This document shows, piece after piece, positions 1 through 12,281 of a DNA stretch of 64,000 nt. The position numbers and the translations under genes are program-made. Position 1 is the first letter of the stretch; the number at the start of each line of letters is the position of its first letter. Source of the DNA: Octopus vulgaris (taxonomy: Eukaryota); assembly GCA_951406725.2 (NCBI GenBank), contig OX597814.1:212288001-212352000 (forward strand), given 5' to 3'. The notes below the pieces were generated by a model. The model saw nothing but the letters and a program-made list of their open reading frames with translations, had not been told where the DNA came from and did no database searches.

Positions 1-692
1 TTCGAAATATCAAAATGACTGGAAGGATGATACTGCAAAAAGGAGCCCTCACATGGAAATACATAATTCCGTCTCAGAATATTAACATATACTAACCTTT
101 CACGCAGCATCTGTTCGTGAAACCAATGCTGATACATAATTTCTAGTACTTTCATGCGTATAATTCTATCATCATTAATTGTCTCTGCGAAGATTATTTA
201 ATGACATTTAAAGGTTTAAGGATAATATCATGGAAGGGATTTTACCGTATAAAGTTATCCGCTTACATCAAATGAGGTTAAATGTGGGTAAAGATATTAA
301 TATAATGCCGATTATTCCATTTCATCTTGCCTTTATGTTAAATAATTGTGGTTCACTATTTCTGTATTTTCTGGCATTTGTACTTGAGTAACTTCCTTAA
401 ATTTCGTATGCATTTTTTCGCAAAGATTTCAAATAGAAAAGATTTATCATAGGCATCTTTCTGCATGGCATCTCAATCCGTACACTTAGTGGAACTTATA
501 AACTTTATAATGCATCATCAAGCATCAGGTAAATTTTATCAGTGCACAGGTTATTTGGGTTAAATTTGACTATTTTTCATGCCCTTTTTTTTAGGAACTG
601 TGTGATGTATTGGTAAACACTGAACAGCGTTTAGTTACAAAGTTAGCTGACATGAAGGAATCGCAATGAATCAAGCCGGGTATTAAAATATA

Positions 693-929
693 TATTTCTT
701 TACTACCCACAAGGGGCTAAACACAGAGGAGACAAACAAGGACAGACAAAGGGATTAAGTCGATTACATCGACCCCAGTGCGTAACTGGTGATTAATTTA
801 TCGACCCCGGAAGGATGAAAGGCAAAGTCGACCTCGGCGGAATTTGAACTCAGAACGTAACGACAGACAAAATACGGCAACGCATTTCGCCCGGCGTGCT
901 AACGTTTCTGCTAGCTCGCCGCCTTCAAT
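693..929 (-). mobile_element. tRNA-derived SINE (family A, Meta-domain-like core) with 15-bp TSD
   Basis: Minus strand starts AAGGCGGCGAGCTAGCAGAAACGTTAGC (A-box-like), has B-box GAGTTCAAATTCC and core GCCTTTCATCCTTCCGGGGTCGATAAA. TSD GGGTATTAAAATATA at 678-692 and 930-944. Homologous copies at 5495, 35376, 39225, 48238 and 58480. Confidence 0.9.
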
Positions 930-1019
930 GGGTATTAAAATATAGACATCTACACTTCTGTTCAGTCCTCTGTGCACACTGTAAAGGATGTGAGACGTGA
1001 TATGAACATCATGAACACC

Positions 1020-1598
1020 AACTTTCTCCAAACTGTGATGGTTTTTGTCTGTGTCTCCAGTGAGGGTGACATGAACTAGCTGCCTCACATCTTTGAATAA
1101 TGTCTAAGGCTCTATTCGGACACCTAACTGGAATTGCTGGCCGGACGGAATTGCGGCTGGAAGGCGATATTTGTGGTAACATGCTTTAGTTCCTTGCCTG
1201 ATACCCCCGAAAGTACCAGAAGTGTTTGTCAGATAACTTCTACGTCTTTCCAACCACCACCACCACCAATTTCTGTTGTTATTCCAAGGATAAAAATGTG
1301 TGGAATGCGCTTGAGAAGGACACCGACATCTCTCAACGCAAAACTAAGGCCGAACTGCTAAGAATTAGATGTTAGAGTATCTTCCTTAAACTACTATGGA
1401 GAACGCGTGTGCCTAGTTCCAGAGACGCCATGTGGCCGTAATAGAGAATGAGTGCGGCGACTTTCTGTACAGAATTATCTCCCAGACATAATCTAGTTAA
1501 TATTATTTGGATCTTTTTGAAATACTTTCATTGTTAGATGTGATATTGTATTTTCTTTTCTGTTCATGCAAACTGCCAAATTTATCTTTGACACCCTG
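1020..1598 (+). mobile_element. Decayed Tc1/mariner-superfamily (maT/DD37D-like) transposase 3' part with right TIR
   Basis: Broken translation gives VMVF..VSSEGD..PHIFE, ..AAGR.Y.W, VWNALEKDT..TKAEL, ..NAC. Ends ...CACCCTG|TA (TA at 1599-1600). Confidence 0.65.
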
Positions 1599-2164
1599 TA
1601 TATACACCACGGCTCATATATTCTCTTTCACGATCTGCCTATAATCAAATCCACACATAACCGCAAAGCTTTACATTCTTTAATGATGTCTCTTGCCAAA
1701 TTCACAAAAATAATATCGACAAATTGCATGTCCAAATTTGATTTTAACGTCAGATTTTATCATCATATAAACACAACATATATATTTCATATATGCATAG
1801 AGATGATGATACACACAATTGCACGATGATATATGGATGTTCGCTTGTCGTCACAATAAAGACACTAGTCATTTTTATTGCAACAGTGCCTGGCAATTTG
1901 AATTTGCAAGCTGCAATGCCCTTAGTCAAAGCCCCACTCATCGTGTTTGTTTGTATTTCATTAAATCGGTCTTCTATATCACATGTTACATGCTGTGATA
2001 TAAATATAATCCCATCGTTAATCCCATCATACTGGCAGCTTTTACAATATCAACATCTTATAATAATTTAATGAATCGTATAGAAGCTGCAAGTGAATAT
2101 GTGGAATGGGAGAATAATCGTAAATAAAATTTGGGTAAAGCTCCGAGAAATCGCTTATCGTAGA

Positions 2165-2287
2165 CTAGCAGTATCGCCCGGCGTTGCTCGGGTTTGTAAG
2201 GGAAATAACTATAGAGCATTTTTAGAGAGTTATAGCCAAAAAATAGCAAAAAAATGGGGAAAAAAAATTATGGTAAATTTTTGTAGA
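2165..2287 (-). mobile_element. Miniature non-autonomous Helitron (~123 bp)
   Basis: Minus strand reads A|TCTAC...hairpin CCCGAGCAACGCCGGG...CTAG|T, i.e. 5' TC, subterminal hairpin, 3' CTAG and an A/T insertion site. The 5' boundary is less certain than the 3'. Confidence 0.65.
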
Positions 2288-2597
2288 TAACTCGTCATAC
2301 AGAAAATTCACTGCTGACAAGAGACAACAGAGGTCTAAAAGTAACAACAATGTCTATCTGAACAGTTTAGGAGGATATGAAGGCTTACTGGCAATTATTA
2401 TTCCACCTCACGAAACTACTAAACTGAAGAAAACAATGCAAAGATGAAACCGGAAATCTGTTACGGAATGGAGACTATTGTCCATCTGCATTGAGAAACA
2501 TATGCAAACTTTCATATGAACATGTAAGAAGACTAATAATACACAAATACATATATATGTTGACTACTTTGTGTACGTGGGTTTGTGTGGTAAAGTG

Positions 2598-2612
2598 TAT
2601 ATATGTGTATAC

Positions 2613-2645
<33 letters not shown>

Positions 2646-2675
2646 TATAAATATGTATGTATATATATATATATG

Positions 2676-2730
<55 letters not shown>

Positions 2731-2758
2731 CCATATATATATATATACATATACACAC

Positions 2759-2789
<31 letters not shown>

Positions 2790-2966
2790 TATATACACAC
2801 ACACACACACACACATACATTTACATATGGATGTATATGTTGCTATATATGTATATGTGTACATATACACTTGTGAATATATGCATGTCTTTATGGTTTT
2901 GTATGTTTGTGCCTTTGTATGTGTCTGTGTGTGCGTGTGTGTGTCCGTGTGTATGTTTGTGTGTGT
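2598..2966. repeat. Compound (TA)n/(CA)n/(TG)n microsatellite
   Basis: Directly visible dinucleotide arrays. Confidence 0.95.
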
Positions 2967-3695
2967 TAATTAGTTAGTTAGTTAGTTAGTTAATTTGGCT
3001 CAAAAGCAAATAGCAAGGCCATGTTGGGGGACATGGAGTTAGGTACAGGGTGGTGTTCATGTAAAGAGTTGAGGCCACTTGAGGTCAAGGGAGGCTTTGA
3101 ACAAAGCGGTCGTCGGCATCTTCACCATCTCGTCTGGCAGCTTGTTCCACGGATCCGCAACCCGGACGGAGAAAGCTCCTCTCCTTCGATTGAGATGAAA
3201 TCGTCGCAGGTAGAGCTTTTCGGAATGACCCCGCAGCCGACGCTCTGGAGCAGAAGTGAAGAACAGCTCTTTCGAGAGGTTACACTTTCCGCTTATGATG
3301 TTGTGGGCGAGAATGAGATCACCACGGCGGCGGCGTTTTTCAAGAGAATAAAGGTCGAGCGTCCTCAGCCTTTCTTCGTAGGACAAATTTTTGAGACCAT
3401 GAAGCATGCGGGTAGCCAGCTTCTGGACTCTTTCGAGATGCTGTATGTCTTTGAGGAGATAAGGAGAAGAGGCTTGAATCCCATACTCTAATATGGGTCT
3501 CACCAGCGTGACATTGAGTGGTAGGAATATGGCTGCTGTGAGCATTCCGAATGACCGTCGAATCAAGAACAGAATTCCGCGTGCTTTGTTGGCAGCACGG
3601 ACGCACTGGGCCGAAGGCGAAAAGGAGGAATCCACCAAGATACCTAGGTCCTTTACCTGATCGGTCCTCTCCAGCAGCAGGCGACCCGGCTCGAA
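2967..3695 (-). mobile_element. 5'-truncated CR1-group LINE (RT C-terminus, 3' UTR, (TAAC)n tail)
   Basis: ORF 3057-3791 contains DLGILVD..., VRPILEY...SPYLLKDIQHLERVQKLATR...LSYEERL..LDLYSLEKRRRRGDLI, typical of the CR1 ORF2 C-terminus. Tail is (TTAG)n on + at 2970-2992. Confidence 0.9.
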
Positions 3696-3934
3696 ATCAA
3701 GTTGAGTTGCAGATGAGACAATCTTTTTGTGCGTATTTTTAGTGAGAATATAACATTCTCTACAAAACTTGATAGAATACGAATATGGCAATAGTATAAA
3801 GTTTATAGTTTATATTGGCAGCAGTTATCCGCCAAATTCTTCCTTAAAGTTTCACGTCGAAAGTAATGTGCCGATTGAGGTAGTTTGTGCAAGTAATTCT
3901 GCTTTGGCTGATTAAATAATAATGAGGTTGAAGT

Positions 3935-4116
3935 GGATGATTACGATGATGACGATGGTGATGATGATGGAAAATACTGCTACAACTTCAACTTCAACTA
4001 CACCTACTACAACTACGGTAGCTACTACTGCTACTACGACTGCTACTACTACTACTATTACTACAACTACTACTACTACTACTAATAATAATAATAATAT
4101 TAATAATAATAATAAC

Positions 4117-4148
<32 letters not shown>

Positions 4149-4203
4149 TAATAATAATAATGATGATGATAATGATGATGATGATGACGACGACGACGAC
4201 GAC

Positions 4204-4241
<38 letters not shown>
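3935..4241. repeat. Compound trinucleotide microsatellite (GAT)-(ACT)-(AAT)-(GAT/GAC)
   Basis: Directly visible in-phase trinucleotide blocks. Confidence 0.95.
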
Positions 4242-4242
<1 letters not shown>

Positions 4243-5159
4243 AAACGATATTTCAAGAGTATATCTGTCTTTGTCATGTTCAAAATAAGAAGTGATAAAA
4301 ATTCAGAAATTTAAACGTAAAGTATGAACGTGAGCAAGTAGCGTCCACACGTTGATGGAATGACATCATCAGTTTTTAAGTCTTTAACAGCCGCAAGAGA
4401 GGTAAGCCATGTTCATTGTGCAACAACATGAGTGAAGTGAATTCCATCAGAAATCATAACAGAAATGTTTTTATTTATACAGAAGGTGGAACATGTATAT
4501 AAAAGATTCCCATTTGGTGTATGCAGCAGGATGCACGAAACACAACTTAATTTATGTTGGTTACACAACGGAACAATTAAACAAAAAGGTTTAATGGGCA
4601 CAGATTCGGCGTCAGGCACAATAACTGTAGTTCGACAGAACTTGCTGAACATTTCGTTTCAAGAGGCTGCAAGTTTGAAGAAGACTTCAAAGTGCATATT
4701 CTCAGAAAATTCTCTGAATCTGCCTCACTTTCAGTTCTCAGAATGTATGAGGAGAAATATGTTTGCAGGTTATTAACATCACGCCCGGGAGGAATGAATA
4801 AGATGACAGGTGAATATCATCAAATTTATTCAAAGCTGTTTGATTATATATTCTTCTCTCTCTCTTTTTCTTTCCCTTTTAATGTCTTCTTATTTTTCTG
4901 GGTTTTTTTTCTCTTTCTTTTGGCCTGTTAAGGACTTAAAAACTGATGATGTCATTCCATCAACGTGTGCACGCTACTTGCTCTCCTTCATACTTTACGC
5001 TTAAATTTCTGTAATTTTCATCACTTCTTATTTTGAACTTGACAGAGGCAGACATACTGTTGAAATATCGTTCAATAAAATAACTTACAATGGAATCGCG
5101 CTCTTCGTCTTGACTGATTACCCTTCTCAAGAGTTACGTCAATCCTTTTTTTTTAAATA

Positions 5160-5422
5160 TGATAATAATAATAACAACAACAACAACAACAACAATAATA
5201 ATAATACTAATACTACTACTACTACTAATAATAATAATAATGATAACAATAATAATAATAATAATGTAAATGTTTGTGTTGTATTACATGAAGATATTTC
5301 TCTACTTCCCCTCTCCAAACTTTCAGCTATATTTCAACAACTCTTAACCTTCACTTGCCCTAGGGCGCTGGGTGTGTCCCGGCAAGTGATTGCTTCAAAT
5401 ATGCAGATTAAAAGTAAATGAC

Positions 5423-5456
<34 letters not shown>

Positions 5457-5475
5457 GATGATGGTAATAATAATA
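5160..5475. repeat. (AAT/AAC/ACT)n arrays
   Basis: Two visible arrays at 5160-5265 and 5422-5475. Confidence 0.9.
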
Positions 5476-5494
5476 GGGGACTAATATTAATAAT

Positions 5495-5710
5495 CCTTAC
5501 TGCTAAAGGCACAGGGCCTAAAATTTTAGGGGAAATGATTAGTCGATTACTTTAAACCAAAGTGTTTCACTGGTACTTAATTCATCGACCCCGAAAGAAT
5601 GAAAGGCAAAAATTGACCTCAGCGGTATTTGCACACGGAACGTAAAGTCGGGCGAGATACTGCTAAGCATTTCGCCCGGTTTGCTAATGATTGTGCAAGC
5701 TCACCGCCTT
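5495..5710 (-). mobile_element. Diverged family A SINE
   Basis: ATCGACCCCGAAAGAATGAAAGGCAAAA...GCATTTCGCCCGG...CACCGCCTT matches the copy at 693-929. Confidence 0.8.
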
Positions 5711-5712
5711 AC

Positions 5713-5861
<149 letters not shown>

Positions 5862-6637
5862 GAGAAGGCGGCTGGACGTGACAGAGGATGGACGTATTTT
5901 TACGATGCTCTGAACTGGCAACAGCGAACCCAGCAGGTCAACTGTAGAAAACTGGAAGATCTACTGTTTACTGTAAGTAATTTGAATTACCCTCAAAATA
6001 AGTAAAAAAAAACTTACATATCTACAGTTCATACAAACGTACACCTAACAAGAAAAATTAGAAACATAAATATCTCCAATTCTGTGTGAACATTTACATT
6101 TAGTCGTCTCTCATGACTATAAGAATGTGTAAAATTGCCTTTTAAATTACCTTTTATTGTAACAACACAATTAAATGCACGATAAAAAGTTATGGAATTA
6201 AGCACCTACTACTATATACATACAACTGAATTCAGAAATTTAAAAATATATACATAACATTGAACTCAGAAAGTTATTTAAAAAAAGAAAAAAAAAATCT
6301 TCGACGAAAACATCAGATAATATGTGTGAGTGAATATACATATATATACATATACATATGCATGTGGTGAAGAAGAAAAGAGAAAGGAAAAAAATTAAAA
6401 AATAAATAAATAAACGTAAACAGGTTTGACCTTTTACTGACCATTAACGTCCTTTGTCTCCATCTACCGTGGCTATTTATAGACCCAAAGAACATGAATT
6501 CTTTAACCACCCATTCTCCAACACAATGGAGTGTTGATGGTGGCTGTGGCTACACATAAAACAATGTCATTGAAGATGATGATGGTGATGTTGCTGATGA
6601 TGGTGATGGTGGTGAAGATGATAGTAATAACAATAAT

Positions 6638-9600
6638 AACTGACAGATCCCGTCTTTTTCCCTTTCTTTTCGTTTCCTTCTCCGTATTTTATTCTCATTA
6701 TTTCGAACTAATACAGACACAGTAAGCCTTGAAGAAAGGAAGAGGAGGAAAGGAAAAAAAAAAAAAAAAAAATGTCCGGAGATAAAACTATCAACAAAAA
6801 AAATACAGACGAATATAGATCTGCTAGTCTTAAGAAGCGGCGCTATGAGCAATGCTTACACGTAGTGAACCCTAAACTGACAGATCCATCTCCTAATATA
6901 AGAATGGATGCTCGTCATGCTTCAAGGTCAACAAATCAAACAATAAACCGCATTGGTCATTGCGCGGATTACAAAAGACCACGTACCCGAAAATTGAACC
7001 AAATCCTGATTGAAAAATCAGTTACTGGATCAAATCTTCCCAACACACAGGAGCTGGACGAACCCCACAACCGGAATATTCCAACAGATGGCCATCCATG
7101 CTCATCACCAAATAATCAAAAGAAAAAGAAGGAAAAATGGTCTAGGGAAGATAATAAAGAAGTTCTTGAGGCCTTCTACCATGCCATATATTTCCCCACA
7201 GATAAGTCTAGCACTGTACAAGCATACTTAAACTGGAGACAGAAACACCCTGAAGTAAGACCCTACATAGACAGTAACAAGCTTGCCAATGTTAGAAGAA
7301 ACATTATAAAAAAGAAATTACTGACTGAAGTAGAGATTGATCAGGTTAGACAAGCAATATCGGATAAAATGAACGAAGCTGCAGCTAGAGAAGATAATAC
7401 AGAGGAAATGATTATAGACCAGCCCAGGGCGGATAAAAACGAAGAGAGGATTGAAAGAGTTAGTATAAGTGATAGGCTAAGTGAAATACGCCCTGAACCA
7501 ATCATAAACACTAAGACAGATGAGCATCAAATAGATAAAGAAAGTCACACACATATTGACCCAACAGAACTACATGAGCTAAAAAATCAAATCATGATTG
7601 AATGGCTGAAAATTAAAGAAACCAGCATGGATGAGCGTGATACACTTCCTAAAATCCGCAACTCTAACCAAAACATGAAAATAATTGGTAAAATCCGGCT
7701 TGCACTTAAGGATATAATTTCAGTTAATGATGTTGATATCACAAACCTCAACCACCTATACTATGCATCCGCGAAAATCTCAACGATCCTATGTGGTGTA
7801 AAGATTAGAAAACGGCAACAGTCCCACAAAATGCCTTCTTGGCAAGAGCGTCTGCAACAACAAATTAAAATATTTAGATCTGACATTGAATATTTGAAAA
7901 ACCTTAAGGCTCACAAGATTACCAAACCTACAAAAACCCAAAAATTACTGAAAAAATACAATATGAAAACTATACTTGATATTGATGCCACCATAGAAAC
8001 CATCAAACAAAAGGTATCTGCCAAAGCTGCCCGCATAGCGAGGTATGAAAAGCGTGTTAGATTTTTCAAGGACAACAACATGTTCAAAAATAACACCAAG
8101 AATTTTTACAGGAAGATGGGAAAAACAGCGTTTACTGCAGGGTCTGTACCATCAAAAGAAGAAGTGCAGAGATTTTGGAATAAAATCTGGGCAGAAGAAA
8201 AAACACACAACGAAAAGGCCCCTGGATTGACAGAATATCTACAGAACTGGACCCCTTAGAAGAGCAAAAGTGGGAGGGTGTCAAGGTAGAAGATATAAGA
8301 TCTGCTCTCAGGAGGGCAAGCAAATGGAAGTCTCCAGGAAAGGATAAAATTCCTAACTTCTGGCTGAATGCCTTCCCAGAGAGCCATGAACTGCTAACAG
8401 AACTGTACAATGATGTTTTGCAACACCCTAGTAGGATGCCTCCTTGGCTAGTTAATGGGTTAACATTCCTGCTTCCAAAAAGTGAAGAAACAAATGAACC
8501 AAAAAACTATAGACCCATAACTTGCTTAACAACTATGTACAAAACACTAACATCTGTCCTGACGGAATATACCTATAGTTTTTTAACAGACAGCAGCATA
8601 TTCCCTAATGAACAGAAAGGATGTAAACGTGGATCCTACGGCTGTAAAGACCAACTACTCATCAATAAGATGATCTTAGAAGATTGTCACAAACGACACA
8701 AAAACTTATCAATAGCCTGGATAGACTATAAAAAGGCTTTTGATAGCCTACCACATAGCTGGATTAGGAAATGCCTTGAAATGTATAAGATAGCACCAAC
8801 TCTGCGAAACTTCTTGACTGTAAGTATGAGATCATGGAGAACCACACTAACTCTGAACAGTGACAGTGAATCCCTAAATGCTGGTGATGTAAAAATTTCG
8901 TGTGGCATTTTCCAGGGTGACTCACTGTCACCACTCCTCTTTTGTTTATCCTTAATACCTCTCTCAAAGCTGCTCAATGACGCGCAGTACGGGTATAAAA
9001 TGTTTGATAAAAATATAACTCATCTCGTTTACATGGATGATTTAAAGCTTTTTGCAAAAAATGATCAACAACTCAAGGGCTTACTAGCGATAGTCAAACA
9101 ATTCAGTGACGACATCAGAATGCAATTCGGCCTCGATAAATGTGCAAAGGCTACCTTTATCAAAGGAAAAATGACAGAAACATCTAACGTTAACCTTGAC
9201 CAACAGAATGTCATAAAAGAACTAGACCCAGCGGAGAGCTACAAGTACCTAGGGATAATTGAAGGGAACGGAATAAGGCATTCAGAGATGAAGGAAAGGA
9301 TCAGGAGAGAATGCTATCGAAGAGTGAGAGCAATACTCAAGACAGAGCTGAATGCAAGAAACAGGATCGAAGCAATCAATGCATTAGCTATACCAGTCGT
9401 GACTTACAGTTTCAATATTGTTAACTGGTCAATTACTGAAATATGTCAGCTCGACAGAAAAATAAGGAAACTGTTGACAATGCATAGAATGCACCACCCT
9501 AAGGCAGATACAGAACGACTCTATCTGCCAAGAAAAGAGGAGGCCGTGGTCTTTTGCAACTGGCAATAACAATGAAGATTGCTACAATTGGCCTAGACAC

Positions 9601-10811
9601 CTACCTGAAAAACTCTGAGGACTGGATGCTAAAACTTGTCTCAAAACATGAAAACAAGAAAGCATCATACTCAGTCACAAAACAGGCAAAGGAATATCTA
9701 AGTGAATTCCGAATACAACCAATTTCGGAATTAGAGATAGATATACAAGAAACAAGCACAGAAAAAGCTAGGCGCATGAAAACCCGTGCCAAAACTGCGG
9801 CCTTAGATATTCTGAATAATAAATGGCAAGAAAAACCTCTCTATGGCAAATACCCAAAGAGAGCGAATAATGCAGATATCGACAAAGCCCTGACCCATCA
9901 ATGGCTAATGGCCTCTGGCTTAAAATCTGAAACAGAGGGGTTTATCATAGCAGCTCAAGATCAATGCCTACCAACAAGAAACTACCAGGCCAACATATTA
10001 AAGATCAGAAGCAGTCCAACGTGTCGTGTATGCAAGCAACAAAATGAAACCATTGACCATATGGTCTCCAAGTGCAGTCTTCTAGCGCCTACAGAGTATC
10101 TCAACAGGCACGATAGAGCTGCACAATATATTCACTGGGTAATCTGTAAAAACCTGGATTTGCCCCATGAAAAAAACTGGTGGGAACACAAACCACCTCC
10201 AGTGCTTGAAAATGACCACATCTCACTCCTCTGGAACTTCACCATTCAAACTGACAGGAAGATAGATGCAAATAGGCCAGACATCATATTGAAAAACTTC
10301 AAACAAAGAACATGCCTCCTCATTGATATGACTGTCCCAATCGATATAAACGTATCTGTCAAGATCTACCAAAAACTTAGCAAATATAAAGATCTTGAAA
10401 TAGAAATCAGCAAAATGTGGAAGCTGAAGACTAAAACAATACCTGTTGTCATAGGTGCCCTGGGAATGATAGCAAAAGGGGCTGATAGCTACCTAACTCA
10501 GATACCAGGAAACCCAAAAATGGCAGAAGTTCAAAAGATAGTGCTCATGGGAACTGCTCATATCCTACGCAAAATACTCTCTATGTAATCTCAAGGTTTA
10601 AAACAAACATAATTTTCGGTTTAAAAAAAAAAAAAAAAAAAAAAACCTTTTTTTTTTCTTTTTAGACATTCATTAGTACAACATCCCCACCCCCAAATAT
10701 ATGGCACACTAGGCATAACAACAACATGAACTTCCAACCCTGTTGTCTCTTGAGGTCTCTGGGTGTGACTTGGAGCCAACTTGTACAAATATAAAGCAAA
10801 AGTCAAACATA

Positions 10812-10812
<1 letters not shown>
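6638..10812 (+). mobile_element. Near-full-length R4/Dong-clade non-LTR retrotransposon inserted in TAA repeats
   Basis: Single polyprotein with Myb-like N-terminus, RT, CCHC and RLE. Short TAA context at the 5' junction; ~220-nt 3' UTR runs directly into (TAA)n at 10813. TAA targeting is established for Dong elements. Confidence 0.92.
6772..10588 (+). pseudogene. R4/Dong ORF (RT + CCHC + restriction-like endonuclease) split by two 1-nt deletions
   Basis: KWSREDN...YLNW...KLANVRRNI (N-terminal domain); RT motifs YRPITCL, EQKG, DYKKAFDS, GIFQGDSLSPLLF, YMDD, YKYLG; CRVC...H...C; RLE RHD, RPDII..ID, K..KY. Frame changes at ~8220 (KAP/WIDR) and ~9538 (RKE/GGRGL). No other stops seen. Confidence 0.9.
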
Positions 10813-10846
<34 letters not shown>

Positions 10847-10852
10847 GTAATA

Positions 10853-10897
<45 letters not shown>

Positions 10898-10920
10898 GTA
10901 ATAGTAATAATAATAATAGT

Positions 10921-10960
<40 letters not shown>

Positions 10961-10998
10961 GTAATAATAATAATAATAATAATAGTAATAGTAATAAT

Positions 10999-11051
<53 letters not shown>

Positions 11052-11091
11052 ATAATAATAATAATAATAACAATAATAATAATAATAATAA
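10813..11091. repeat. (TAA)n array at the 3' junction of the Dong element
   Basis: Visible, with TAG/TGA variant units. Confidence 0.95.
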
Positions 11092-11390
11092 CATGATTAC
11101 AAGCACTGCTACGATAAATTGTGTGTATATCTTCATTGGGTCTTATGTCGTAAATACGGATACGAAGTAACACAGAAGAAAAGTTATGCATGAGGATAAA
11201 AAAGTAACGGGACTATGATTTTCAGACGTATCGTGTAATAGAACACTGTCTTCCGAATATTTTCATATTGAATAAGGGAGAAAAATACAGTCAGATTATT
11301 GATGTAGCCATACTAAATTAAATGAATCATATGAGTAAAGAGGTTGAAAAAATCACCAAGTACTTCGAATGGAAAATGGAAATAGCAAGT
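11092..11390 (+). mobile_element. Highly decayed R4/Dong RLE fragment between TAA arrays
   Basis: Translates piecewise as DKLCVYLHWVLCRKYG...DYDFQT.RVIEH..P.I.ILNK...IIDVAI...EVEKITKY, collinear with the RLE region of the large element. Confidence 0.7.
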
Positions 11391-11391
11391 G

Positions 11392-11482
<91 letters not shown>

Positions 11483-11541
11483 TAATAATAATAATAATGA
11501 TGATAACAATAATAATAATAATAATAATAATAATGATAACA

Positions 11542-11608
<67 letters not shown>
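11391..11608. repeat. (TAA)n array
   Basis: Directly visible. Confidence 0.95.
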
Positions 11609-11609
<1 letters not shown>

Positions 11610-12183
11610 TTCCCCACCAGAAATTACCAAAAACATGTAATGAAAAGAAATATTACAAGTAACTGCAGAATATGTGGAGATGGACAAGAAACAATAAATC
11701 ATATTATCTCTAGCTGCCCAGTCCTGGCTAAGAAGGAATATATTCACAGACATGACAGAGTTGGAACTTACATACATTGGAAGCTATGCCAACATTATGG
11801 AATAACAACAGAAAATAGATGGTATAGGCACACACCAGAAAAGGTCACAGAAAACGAGAAAGCAACCATACTCTGGGATATGCCGATACACACAGATAGA
11901 GAAATTAAGGCCAACAGACCAGATATAGTTGTCAGAGACCATGAAGAAAAAAATGCTTTCTAATTGATGTATCAGTACCGGCAGATGACAACGTGTCTCT
12001 AAAAGAAATGGAGAAACTCTCAAAATACAAAGACCTGGAAATAGAGGTAACTAGAATGTGGAATCTGAAAACAGAAACAATTCCTATCATAGTAGGTGCA
12101 TTAGGCATGATAAAAAAATATTCAGACAAATACATAACAAAAACACCAGGACTTACAAACACATATAACATACAGAAAATTGC

Positions 12184-12184
<1 letters not shown>
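11609..12184 (+). mobile_element. R4/Dong subfamily 2, CCHC + RLE fragment bounded by (TAA)n on both sides
   Basis: PTRNYQ..CRICGDGQETINHIISSC..RHD..RPDIVV; frameshift in an A-run at ~11950; KYKDLEIEVTRMW..GALG..NIQKIA then TAA array. Confidence 0.9.

Positions 12185-12280
<96 letters not shown>
12185..12280. repeat. (TAA)n array
   Basis: Directly visible. Confidence 0.95.

Positions 12281-12281
<1 letters not shown>

Noticed and set aside
2475-2977. Overlapping YIYI/VCVC/THTH ORFs here and at many other loci
   Set aside because: Translations of (TA)n/(TG)n/(CA)n microsatellites that lack stops by construction.
3021-3491. 156-aa plus-strand ORF
   Set aside because: Antisense shadow of the CR1 ORF2 fragment.
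3912-4314. Poly-T/N/D and poly-S/L/V ORFs (also poly-I/N ORFs at 5110-5913, 10621-11777, 25836-26283)
   Set aside because: Trinucleotide arrays with no splice or domain context.
5862-5978. Possible exon ending at GTAAGT (5973)
   Set aside because: No acceptor (it begins in a TAA array) and no recognisable peptide.
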